NCBI GenBank assembly: GCA_963767125.1
Contig: CAVYDB010000001.1
Location: 10,855 to 74,854 of the forward strand
Length of the DNA stretch: 64,000 bases
Reading direction: 5' to 3'
Origin: an uncultured Bacteroidota bacterium
GTDB lineage: Bacteria > Bacteroidota > Bacteroidia > JABEUT01
Shown one piece after another: positions 1 through 9,078 of the stretch (position 1 is the stretch's first letter; every line of letters starts with the position of its first letter). Position numbers and translations under genes: made by a program. The notes under the pieces were generated by a model. The model did not search any database and was not told where the DNA came from. It saw only the letters and a program-made list of their open reading frames with translations.

Positions 1-1
1 G

Positions 2-334
2 GCTCATGCTTTTTTGGGTGGTAGTTCTAAGGTCAGGAAAAATGTACCTCCGTATGTAAAAGCAGCGAGAGAACCCCTTTCTTACATTGGTGTAAATACG
101 GTAGGACTTACCCGACGCGGTTTTAAACCGGAAACTATTAAGCAGATAGAGGATACTTACCGACTGCTTTATGTGAAAGGCACCAGCATCCCAACAGCTT
201 TAAAGAATATTGAAGAAGAAATTTCTGAATCGGAAGAAAAACGGCACATTATAGATTTTATCAATAATTCCCCCGATGGAATTATGAAAGGACCTATCAG
301 TAGTTTGAAAGAGCCGGGGGCTGTAGAAAGATAA
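2..334 (+). CDS. lpxA: UDP-N-acetylglucosamine acyltransferase LpxA, C-terminal part (5' truncated by window edge)
   Basis: VPPYVKAAREPLSYIGVNTVGLTRRGF followed by the helical C-terminal domain typical of Bacteroidota LpxA. Confidence 0.9.
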   Translation, partial: AHAFLGGSSKVRKNVPPYVKAAREPLSYIGVNTVGLTRRGFKPETIKQIEDTYRLLYVKGTSIPTALKNIEEEISESEEKRHIIDFINNSPDGIMKGPISSLKEPGAVER

Positions 335-369
335 TAGCTAAGAACTAAGAGTTCATCTAGCATTTACCA

Positions 370-978
370 TTGAAAATTAACCTTACAAGCGCCGGAAAAA
401 AATATGCAGGAAACTGGGTTTTCCGCAATTTTTCCTGTCAGTTTAATGAAGGAACAAAACAGGTAATATTGGGACCTAATGGCTCCGGTAAATCTACTTT
501 ATTAAAAATTATTTCCGGGGGAGCGACCCTCTCTGAAGGAAGTATAGAATATTCTTTAAAGGATACTATAATAAAACCGGAAGAAGTATTCCGGCATATT
601 TCTATAGCAGCCCCCTGGCTTGATATTCCGGAAGAGTTTACGCTTGAAGAAATTATCGCATTTCATATTCAATTTAAACCATTTATCAAAGGGCTATCAC
701 TAAAAGATACAATAAAAATTATTGACCTAATGCATACCGGTGAGAAACATTACAAAAACTTTTCATCGGGAATGAAACAGCGGGTAAAGCTCGGGCTTGC
801 CATTTTAACCGATGCTCCTCTCTTACTTCTCGATGAGCCCGTTACAGCCCTTGATGCCAAATCAATTCAATGGTATAAGGATATGATTAACGCATATTCA
901 ATGGACCGAACCATTTTAGTTTTCTCCAACCTGCGGGAAGAGGAATATGGATTTTGCGAAAAAAAATTTCAATTATAA
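370..978 (+). CDS. ABC transporter ATP-binding protein
   Basis: Walker A GPNGSGKST, signature FSSGMKQR, Walker B LLLLDEP. Confidence 0.9.
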   Translation: MKINLTSAGKKYAGNWVFRNFSCQFNEGTKQVILGPNGSGKSTLLKIISGGATLSEGSIEYSLKDTIIKPEEVFRHISIAAPWLDIPEEFTLEEIIAFHIQFKPFIKGLSLKDTIKIIDLMHTGEKHYKNFSSGMKQRVKLGLAILTDAPLLLLDEPVTALDAKSIQWYKDMINAYSMDRTILVFSNLREEEYGFCEKKFQL

Positions 979-1024
979 ATTGAATCTATAGGAATTTAAT
1001 CATAATAGAACTCTTGCGTCTCTT

Positions 1025-3100
1025 TTATTTCTCATCATCCAACATTTTCAAAAATTTCTGATATTGTTCATTTTTTGGGTCTTTCACCAGTGCTTTCCCA
1101 AAGTATTCTTTCGCCACCTTATTCTTTCCTTTCTTCAGGTAAATGATACCAATATTGCCAATAGCATCTACCCAGTTCGAATCATAAACCAGCGCCGTTT
1201 CAAATTCATCGAAGGCTTTATCCAGTTGATTATTATTAAAATACGCTACACCCATATTATTATACATCGCTGCCGAATTCATAAGGACAGTTTTATTTTT
1301 CGGATCTATTTTAAGCGCAAGGCTGTCAAAATGAAAAGCAAGTGCATATTTTTTTTCCCCAACATAAGCTGCGCTGCTATTTATTAAAGCAGCCAGGTTA
1401 TTTGAATCAACTTTATATGCTAAAAGCAGGTAAGCCAAGGCAGTATCGTATTGCTTCTTATCATTATAAATTGCACCCAGGTTGCTTAATGCCCTGGGGT
1501 CATTAGGGCTTAGTAGCAAAGTCTTTTTATATGCCGGTATGGCGCTGTCAGCAATTCCTCGTTCGTTGTAGCACTCTGCCAAATTATAATCATAGTAGGG
1601 ATCCATATAAAAGATTTCTGCCGCCCTTTTAAATTCGTTTGTAGCAAGTGAATAGTATTGTTGCTTTTTGGCCGGTTCTACAGATTTTTCTGCGGAATCT
1701 CTATAGGTTTCCCCAAGTGCATTATGGGTCCTTCCACTATTTGGCGATGTAATGGCACCAGCATATTCTATGGTGAAATTATTTTTCCACTCTTCATTTC
1801 TGGGTATCACAATAGCAGCATAAATAATCAGCAGGCATATTAAGAGAAAATAAAAATTCATCTTTGTTTTCCAAATAAGTTGAGTAGGTTTTAATTTCAT
1901 TGCTCCGGCCACAAGTACCGGTAATAAGATACAAAAACCAAGAGAAGGGACATAGAGGAACCGCTCGGCAAAGGTGGCAGCAATTTTCAATACCAGGTTC
2001 GAAGACAGGAAAAGGGTTATAAAGAAGAATAAAATGCAAAAAGAATATATGTTTTTTTTTCGTAGCCCAGCTAAAGCAAAGCCAAACAATATAAAACAAG
2101 CTACCAGGGATAAAAGGGGTTTGATATTCCCCCAGGATACAATGGGAATTTGATTATACGAATAATCCCAACAGAGAGGGTAAGGAACTATTGTCATATA
2201 TATATACTTGCCCAGTAAAACAAAACTGGTGGCAATTCTATCCATGCTATTTGTAGCAGCCATAAGGGCATTATTTCTTATAGCGATTTGATACGTAAAG
2301 GTTACTTTTTCCAATATAAGGGTACGGATGAGCAATGAAAAAACAACCACCCCTATAAAAGGAAGTGTTCTGAAAATTATTTTATTAACCTCCAGGGAAC
2401 TAAAGAAATAAAGCAACAGGGGAATAATAAATATGAATGTGAGGCAATTTTCCTTACAAAAAATAGCCGTGAAAAATGCAGCAAGAGAAAGAAAATAATA
2501 TTTCCGCTTGTTTTCTTCCTGGTATAAAATTATGAAATAAAAAGAGCCCAATCCAAATAATAAGCCAAGTATCTCATCGCGGCTTTTAATGTTAGCAACT
2601 GCTTCGGTATGGATAGGGTGAAAGGCAAATAGTAAAGTGGCTGCTACATAAATAGCGGAATTATAATTCTTTAAAACCCTTTGCAGGAAAAAATATAGCA
2701 GCACAACAGTAATTGCATAAAAAAGTATATTGAAAAAATGGCTGACATGGGGATTCAAGCCAAATATTGAAACCTCTGCCATAAAGCTAAGCAACGTAAG
2801 CGGACGGTAATCAATTTTGTTATTTCCATTATATCCATATAAAGAGCCTTTATCGAAAATATCTTTAAAATCAGAAAACCCTTTTTTAATAAAAGTATTT
2901 TCTGTTGTATAAAGGTTATCATCCAGGGCATATCCATTTTGCAGGGTATTGCCATAAAGTAACATACATAATAGAAAAACAAGAAGAGGAAAAAAATATT
3001 TTTTAGATAACACGTTAAAAAACAATGCTCTTAAAGTATTCTTCTTGCCGGAATCAGCACTTATTTGCTTTTGTCCCGTATTTTTTTTTACAGAAGGCAA
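1025..3100 (-). CDS. TMTC-like GT-C membrane glycosyltransferase (DUF1736-like) with C-terminal TPRs, paralogue 1
   Basis: Acidic LDD motif after TM1, YRPL, HPIHTEAVANIKSRDE, KE, DYS, AERFLYVPS; many TM segments; TPR repeats; TTG start. Confidence 0.8.
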   Translation of the reverse strand: MPSVKKNTGQKQISADSGKKNTLRALFFNVLSKKYFFPLLVFLLCMLLYGNTLQNGYALDDNLYTTENTFIKKGFSDFKDIFDKGSLYGYNGNNKIDYRPLTLLSFMAEVSIFGLNPHVSHFFNILFYAITVVLLYFFLQRVLKNYNSAIYVAATLLFAFHPIHTEAVANIKSRDEILGLLFGLGSFYFIILYQEENKRKYYFLSLAAFFTAIFCKENCLTFIFIIPLLLYFFSSLEVNKIIFRTLPFIGVVVFSLLIRTLILEKVTFTYQIAIRNNALMAATNSMDRIATSFVLLGKYIYMTIVPYPLCWDYSYNQIPIVSWGNIKPLLSLVACFILFGFALAGLRKKNIYSFCILFFFITLFLSSNLVLKIAATFAERFLYVPSLGFCILLPVLVAGAMKLKPTQLIWKTKMNFYFLLICLLIIYAAIVIPRNEEWKNNFTIEYAGAITSPNSGRTHNALGETYRDSAEKSVEPAKKQQYYSLATNEFKRAAEIFYMDPYYDYNLAECYNERGIADSAIPAYKKTLLLSPNDPRALSNLGAIYNDKKQYDTALAYLLLAYKVDSNNLAALINSSAAYVGEKKYALAFHFDSLALKIDPKNKTVLMNSAAMYNNMGVAYFNNNQLDKAFDEFETALVYDSNWVDAIGNIGIIYLKKGKNKVAKEYFGKALVKDPKNEQYQKFLKMLDDEK

Positions 3101-3376
3101 TTGAAAAAATGTGTTGTAGTTGCAATCCGGTATCCGGATTTGTTATTTTGAAATATGCCCGGGATGGCTATCAATATTGATTTTATATATTTTATTATTG
3201 GCAATAAGTTCATACCTTGCTGCTTACCATTTTCCGGATAATGATGTTCCTGCTAAAAATAATGTAAAACAAATTTTATTCACTCCGGAAGGCAAGGGAA
3301 GGTTCTCCCGATAAATTTTGACAAAATTACGGCAACAATGTATTGGATTATCGTTACGAATGCCTTTACAAGCAAG

Positions 3377-3459
3377 TTTAATCGCTCTTTAACTGCGCTT
3401 TAATAACATTTTAATAGCAATTATCATTATGCACAAGTTTAATAGCAATTTAATAATAA
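3377..3459. repeat. 11-bp-period imperfect direct repeats (TTTAATnnCnn)
   Basis: TTTAA at 3377, 3388, 3399 and 3410, then 3438 and 3449. Confidence 0.5.
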
Positions 3460-3540
3460 TTGTGCAGGTTTAAGATGCCAACATCGTCAATTTGCAGACG
3501 ACGGAACCCCGATCCGTCCTATAAATTAATAAGATAGCTA

Positions 3541-4599
3541 ATGGAACCATTTACACTGGAAGAGATTAAACAAATCGGGCATATCCCAATGAACTTTTTA
3601 ATTGGTAAGGAACGTTCAGGCACTACACTGTTACAAATTATTTTAAATGCCCATCCTAACATAGCCGCCCCCCCGGAGTCCCGGTTTATTATGTTACTAT
3701 ACTCCCGTTACGGAAAAGTGACGAAATGGACAGAAAGAACAATTCACAATTTTTATAATGACTTGTTAAAGGAGAAGGCATATAAAAATTTTTGGGGTAA
3801 CCATAATAAGACCCTTCTGGCTTCTCTTTTGGAAGCTAAAGAAATTGCTACGTTCTCGTTGCTATGCAAAATTATTTTTTATCACGAGTGCCTCAATGAC
3901 CCTTTGGGGCATAGTTCGCCACGTATTGAAATAAGGATGTTTTTCGATAAAAACCCTGTATATTCTTATTTTTTACCCGAATTAAAAAAGATATTCCCCG
4001 AAGCTAAATATATACATTTAGTCCGCGACTACAGGGCAAATATAGCCAGTCACCGGCGGGTATTTGTTATAAAACAAAGCGCAGATATTTCTTATCGCTG
4101 GCTGAAAATGAATATGGAAATAGAAAAAGCTAAGGCGGAGAATAAAGAACACTATTTTACCTTGAAATATGAAGACCTTGTTACAGACCCTTCGAAAAGT
4201 ATGCAACAGCTATGTGGTTTCCTGGGTATCCCTTTTTACGAAAAAATGGCATTGGAACACTCCCAGGGAATATATTCAAGCTATAGTAAAAACATCAAAC
4301 CCCGTTTCAGGAGTATCCATGATAAAATTTTTAGGCCCATTTCTCCCTCCTTTATTGATGAATGGAAAAGGAAACTAACAGATGCCGATATATTGCAGGC
4401 AGAAAAAATAGCAGGTGAGCATGGAGAAAAGATGTATGGATATACCCGGTTTTCTATAGATGATAGTTTGAAGAAAAAAGCAAAAGACAACTTTCTAATG
4501 AAAACAAAGTACAGTATAATTAAAAAAATATATACTACTGCTATGCGCAACCCCCGGTTATATTTTATAATTACAAAGTATGTATGGAAAAGTTTTTGA
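3541..4599 (+). CDS. Sulfotransferase family protein (PAPS-dependent)
   Basis: 5'-PSB loop GKERSGTTLL, HPNI..PPE, DKNP, 3'-PB motif HLVRDYRA..AS, LKYEDLV.DP. Confidence 0.85.
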   Translation: MEPFTLEEIKQIGHIPMNFLIGKERSGTTLLQIILNAHPNIAAPPESRFIMLLYSRYGKVTKWTERTIHNFYNDLLKEKAYKNFWGNHNKTLLASLLEAKEIATFSLLCKIIFYHECLNDPLGHSSPRIEIRMFFDKNPVYSYFLPELKKIFPEAKYIHLVRDYRANIASHRRVFVIKQSADISYRWLKMNMEIEKAKAENKEHYFTLKYEDLVTDPSKSMQQLCGFLGIPFYEKMALEHSQGIYSSYSKNIKPRFRSIHDKIFRPISPSFIDEWKRKLTDADILQAEKIAGEHGEKMYGYTRFSIDDSLKKKAKDNFLMKTKYSIIKKIYTTAMRNPRLYFIITKYVWKSF

Positions 4600-4663
4600 A
4601 GCTTCTACTTCTATATTCTTTAAGCCTACACTTTAAAGTTTTGCCTTATTCTAAGCCATCCTA

Positions 4664-6742
4664 TTAATTACCAGTGCTTATTGACTGTAGGTACTTTGCA
4701 AAAAGCTGGTTGCCGGGGTCTTTTGCAAGAGCTTTTTGATAGTAGCCCCTTGCCTTTGCTACATCTCCTTGTTTCTGATAAATGATGCCCATATTCCCAA
4801 TGACATTGGCTGAGTTGGAATCACAACTCAAAGCAATCTGGAACTCCTTCAAAGCCCTTTCTAATTCATTATTGTTTAAATATTGAACAGCAATTTCATT
4901 GTGCATGTGCGATAAAATTGTGAGTGTTTGTTTATCGCCTGGCACCTTTTTTAGCAACAAACTATCGTAATGAAATGCAAGGGCATAGTTCTTTTCACCG
5001 AGATAAGTGATTCCAATATTTTGCAATGCCATCATGTAATTACTGTCGGCATTGTAGGAAATGAAAAAGCAGGTGAGAGCGCTGTCGTACTGGGCTCTGT
5101 TGAAATATATTACACCGAGGCTATTGGCAGCCATAGGATATTTCGGGTTTAGCTTTAAAGCCTGCTTATAGGCATTTTTTGCACTGTCAGGGTACCCGGC
5201 ATATTTATAATATTCTCCCAAATCATATACCCAGTCGGGTGCATTCGGATTAATTTGCAACGCCCTTTTAGTTTCCCTGATAGCCAGGGCAAAATATTGC
5301 CGTTTCCTTGCCGAATCTTTGGCATTGGTGGCAGAATCGGCATACTGAAATTCTAAGAAGCGATGCGCCCTTGAACTGTTTGGGGCGGAAATAACACCCG
5401 ATGAAAACAAGGTATAATTATTCTTCCATACAGCATTGCGGGGTATTACAATAACAGCGTAAACAAACAGAATGCAAGCTATAGGAATGTAAAAACTCTT
5501 AGGCTTTTTCCAGGTAAGCTGGGTAGGGTTTAATTTAATTGCCCCTGCTACAAGAATAGGCACTGCAATGCAAAAACTGAGCGATGGCACATAGAGAAAC
5601 CGCTCGGCAAAAGACGAAGCTATTTTTACGATAATATTAGAGGATATAATTATGGTTATAAAAAAGAAGGCAATTAAAAATGAAAAAATGGATTTCTTCA
5701 GGGCGCTCCAAAACATATATCCAATCATCAGGATACAAACCAATACAGACAAAATGGGCATTACATTAGCCCAGGAAACGATCGGAATCTGGTTAAAGGA
5801 ATAATCATAACTGAGCGGGTAAGGTACTATATTCATAAAGATATACTTGCCCATCATAACAAAAGCCGTCGCCATTCTGTCGGCGCCATTGTTTGTTGCC
5901 ATAAGCGAATTGTCCATTACACCAATCTGGTTTTCAAAAGTCATGCTTTGTAAAACACGGCTCCGTATAAACAGGTAAACGGCGGCTAATGCGAAATAGG
6001 GAATAGACTTAATGACTATTTTTTTTATTTCGAGGGGAGTGAAAAAATAGAACAACAATGGGATAACAGCCACGAAGGTGAGGGCGCTCTCTTTACAAAA
6101 CAAGGCGGCAAAAAATGCCAGCAGCGAAAAATAAAAATGACTTTTCTTTTTTCCTTCCTCGTATAACAAGAGAAAATAAAAGGAGGTTAATCCGAGTAAT
6201 AAGCTGAGAATTTCATCACGGCTTTTTATGCTCGCCACCACTTCAGTATGAATGGGATGAAAAGCAAACAATAATGTAGCTGCAAGGATAATGGCAGTGT
6301 TATAGTTTTTTAGGATTTTCTGTAAGAAAAAATAAAGTATAACAACAGTGAAGGCAAAAAGCAAAAGATTGAAAAAATGACTGATGTGTGGATTCAGCCC
6401 GAAAACAGAAACCTCGGTCATAAAGCAAAGCAATGTAAGAGGGCGATATTGCTGCACGTAGGTTGTTTTATCCCAGCCGTAAAGAGAACCTTTATCGAAA
6501 ATATCTTTTATGGCAGAAAATCCTTTAACGATATACTCATTCTTCAATGTCACTATTTCATCATCCAGCGTATATTGATTCAGAACAGTATTTCCGTACA
6601 GAACCAAACACAAAAGAAAGAGAACAAGAGGAATAAAATACTCGCTCGCCGAATTATAAAATGGTACGTTAAGTGCAGCTGTTTTTACACTCTTCTTTAC
6701 CGGAACTTGTTTCTGTATTATATTTTTTTTACCCTGAGCCAA
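4664..6742 (-). CDS. TMTC-like GT-C glycosyltransferase with TPRs, paralogue 2
   Basis: TLDD, YRPL, HPIHTEVVASIKSRDE, AERFLYVPS, TPRs; TTG start. Confidence 0.8.
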   Translation of the reverse strand: MAQGKKNIIQKQVPVKKSVKTAALNVPFYNSASEYFIPLVLFLLCLVLYGNTVLNQYTLDDEIVTLKNEYIVKGFSAIKDIFDKGSLYGWDKTTYVQQYRPLTLLCFMTEVSVFGLNPHISHFFNLLLFAFTVVILYFFLQKILKNYNTAIILAATLLFAFHPIHTEVVASIKSRDEILSLLLGLTSFYFLLLYEEGKKKSHFYFSLLAFFAALFCKESALTFVAVIPLLFYFFTPLEIKKIVIKSIPYFALAAVYLFIRSRVLQSMTFENQIGVMDNSLMATNNGADRMATAFVMMGKYIFMNIVPYPLSYDYSFNQIPIVSWANVMPILSVLVCILMIGYMFWSALKKSIFSFLIAFFFITIIISSNIIVKIASSFAERFLYVPSLSFCIAVPILVAGAIKLNPTQLTWKKPKSFYIPIACILFVYAVIVIPRNAVWKNNYTLFSSGVISAPNSSRAHRFLEFQYADSATNAKDSARKRQYFALAIRETKRALQINPNAPDWVYDLGEYYKYAGYPDSAKNAYKQALKLNPKYPMAANSLGVIYFNRAQYDSALTCFFISYNADSNYMMALQNIGITYLGEKNYALAFHYDSLLLKKVPGDKQTLTILSHMHNEIAVQYLNNNELERALKEFQIALSCDSNSANVIGNMGIIYQKQGDVAKARGYYQKALAKDPGNQLFAKYLQSISTGN

Positions 6743-6862
6743 GTAATTAATTATAAAATGATTTTCACAAAAATAAAATAAAATGCGGCATCCCCTGAAC
6801 CAGTAAGATATAAAGGCTTCCAGGGGGATGTTTCATATACATATTCATTATTTCAATTTGTT

Positions 6863-8953
6863 CTATTTCCTCACTCCCTGCGCTCCATTCAGCCCTTGTA
6901 GGTCCCTTGCCACCGATTCATCTTTGGGGTCTATTGCCAATGCCTGCCGGTAACAGTCTTTTGCCTTTTCTATATTTCCCATTTTTTGATACACTACCCC
7001 TATATTACCTATGGCATTAGCCGAATTAGGGTTATTTTGAAACGCAACAGAAAACTCTGCTAAGGCTTTTTCCAGTTCATTATTATCAACGTACTTCATC
7101 CCTAATTCATTATGCATGATGGACAAATTGTTTAAAGTTGACTGGTTCTTAGGATCCCTTTTAAGCACAAGGCTGTCGTAATAAAATGCCAGGGGATAGT
7201 TTTTTTCATTCTGATAGGCAGCTCCGATATTCATAAGGGCTCCGGGATTGCTGGAATCGCCTTTATAGGCAATATCAAAGTAAGAGATGGCTTGCCCGTA
7301 ATCCGTTTTATTAAAATAAATTACCCCGAGGTTATTTGCAGCAAGGGCATAGCGGGGGTTTAGCTCCAGTGTTTTTTTATATGCTAGTATGGCGCTATCT
7401 ATGGCGTTTTCATTGTAGTAGCATACCCCTAAGTTATAGTACCCGTCAGGGTCCATGGTAAAGAGTTGGGTAACCCGTTTAAACTCCTGTGCCGAAAGAG
7501 AATAAAATTTTATTCTTTTAGCAGGGTCTTTCGCATTCTGTGCCGTATCCATATACATGCTTGCAAGCGCTCCGTGTGTTCTGCCACTATTAGGCGAGGT
7601 AGTAACTCCTGATAAAAATAAGGTATAATCGTTTTTCCAGTCCAGGTTGCGGGGAATAAGTATCAGGGTGTAAATCACCAATATCGCTCCAATAATTCCA
7701 TAATATGTATTTACTTTTTGCCCTGTTTTCTCGCCGGGCTTCAACTTAATTCCGCTTGCAAGCAACACAGGCATTGCGATACAAAAACCTACCGAGGGAG
7801 AGAATAAAAACCGCTCACCGAAGCTACAAGCTATTTTAAGCACTAAATTGGAAGCAAGAAAAAGAGTAACGAGATAAAAAATCATGGAGAAGGAATAGAT
7901 GGATTTTTTCTTAAGCCCCATAATTATTAAAACACCCATTCCGATATATAGCAATAGCGAAAGTATTGCCTCCGGGTTAGCCCACGTCACTATGGGGAAT
8001 TGGGGATATGAATAATCCCAGCTTAGCGGATAAGGAATAAACAACAGGCAAAAGTATTTTCCCAACATTACAAAATTAGTGGCATACATATCCATGTGGC
8101 TTTTTGCTGCCATGAGCGAGTTATTTACAATCGTCATTGTTTCATTGGAAGTGATACTACCAAAAATCACCTGGTGAATAACCAGGTAAATTGCCACTAC
8201 GGCGGCAAAAGGAACCGTTAATTTTACTATTTGTTTCATATCGGCAGAAGTGAAAAAATAGAGCAATAAGGGAATGATAACTAAAAAACTGGTGGAAGTC
8301 TCCTTGCTTAGCATGGCGCATATATAACTCAGTATGGAAAAGAGAAAATCTTTTCGCTTTTTCGTCTCCACATATTGCAACAGCAGGTAAAAAGTAAGTA
8401 GCCCGAATATCAGGGGTAGTATTTCATCCCTGCTTTTAAAGTTTGCTACCGCATCGGTATGTATGGGGTGAAAGACAAATAACAACGTGGCAGCCTGGGA
8501 GACAATTAGGTTATAGTTTTTCAGGATTTTTTTCAGGAAATAGAATAACATTATCGCGCACAAGGCAAAATACAGCACATTAAATACCTGGAATACCTGC
8601 GGATGTAATCCAAAAATAGTTGCTTCGGTACAAAAAGCCAATAAAGGCAAAGGACGGTATTGGTAACCGTTGGTACCATTACAGCCATACATGGTTCCCC
8701 GGGTGAAAAAATACTTTACACCGGAAAAATTAGTGTTTCTAATCAAACTATTATCCTTGGTATATATCCCATCATCTTCGGTATAATCGCAGTTAAACGT
8801 ATTTCCATAAAGCGCCAAACATAAAAAGACAATGATAGCCGGGAAAAAATACCTGCGTGCAGAAAATGCAGATTTCATTTCCACCGATGGCTTTTTCAGC
8901 GGCTTTTTTACCGGAGTATGTTTTTGGGGTATGTTTTTTTTAGCGGTTGCCAA
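6863..8953 (-). CDS. TMTC-like GT-C glycosyltransferase with TPRs, paralogue 3
   Basis: TEDD, YRPL, HPIHTDAVANFKSRDE, GERFLFSPS, TPRs; TTG start. Confidence 0.8.
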   Translation of the reverse strand: MATAKKNIPQKHTPVKKPLKKPSVEMKSAFSARRYFFPAIIVFLCLALYGNTFNCDYTEDDGIYTKDNSLIRNTNFSGVKYFFTRGTMYGCNGTNGYQYRPLPLLAFCTEATIFGLHPQVFQVFNVLYFALCAIMLFYFLKKILKNYNLIVSQAATLLFVFHPIHTDAVANFKSRDEILPLIFGLLTFYLLLQYVETKKRKDFLFSILSYICAMLSKETSTSFLVIIPLLLYFFTSADMKQIVKLTVPFAAVVAIYLVIHQVIFGSITSNETMTIVNNSLMAAKSHMDMYATNFVMLGKYFCLLFIPYPLSWDYSYPQFPIVTWANPEAILSLLLYIGMGVLIIMGLKKKSIYSFSMIFYLVTLFLASNLVLKIACSFGERFLFSPSVGFCIAMPVLLASGIKLKPGEKTGQKVNTYYGIIGAILVIYTLILIPRNLDWKNDYTLFLSGVTTSPNSGRTHGALASMYMDTAQNAKDPAKRIKFYSLSAQEFKRVTQLFTMDPDGYYNLGVCYYNENAIDSAILAYKKTLELNPRYALAANNLGVIYFNKTDYGQAISYFDIAYKGDSSNPGALMNIGAAYQNEKNYPLAFYYDSLVLKRDPKNQSTLNNLSIMHNELGMKYVDNNELEKALAEFSVAFQNNPNSANAIGNIGVVYQKMGNIEKAKDCYRQALAIDPKDESVARDLQGLNGAQGVRK

Positions 8954-9078
8954 AATATAAATCGAGAATAGTTTTCACAAAAATAAATTAAAATGCCATT
9001 CCCATGTTCCTGTTGAAACTTATTAAGCTATATGTTAACGCTTACTATAAAAGAGAATCTATTCCCTTACTAAATTTC

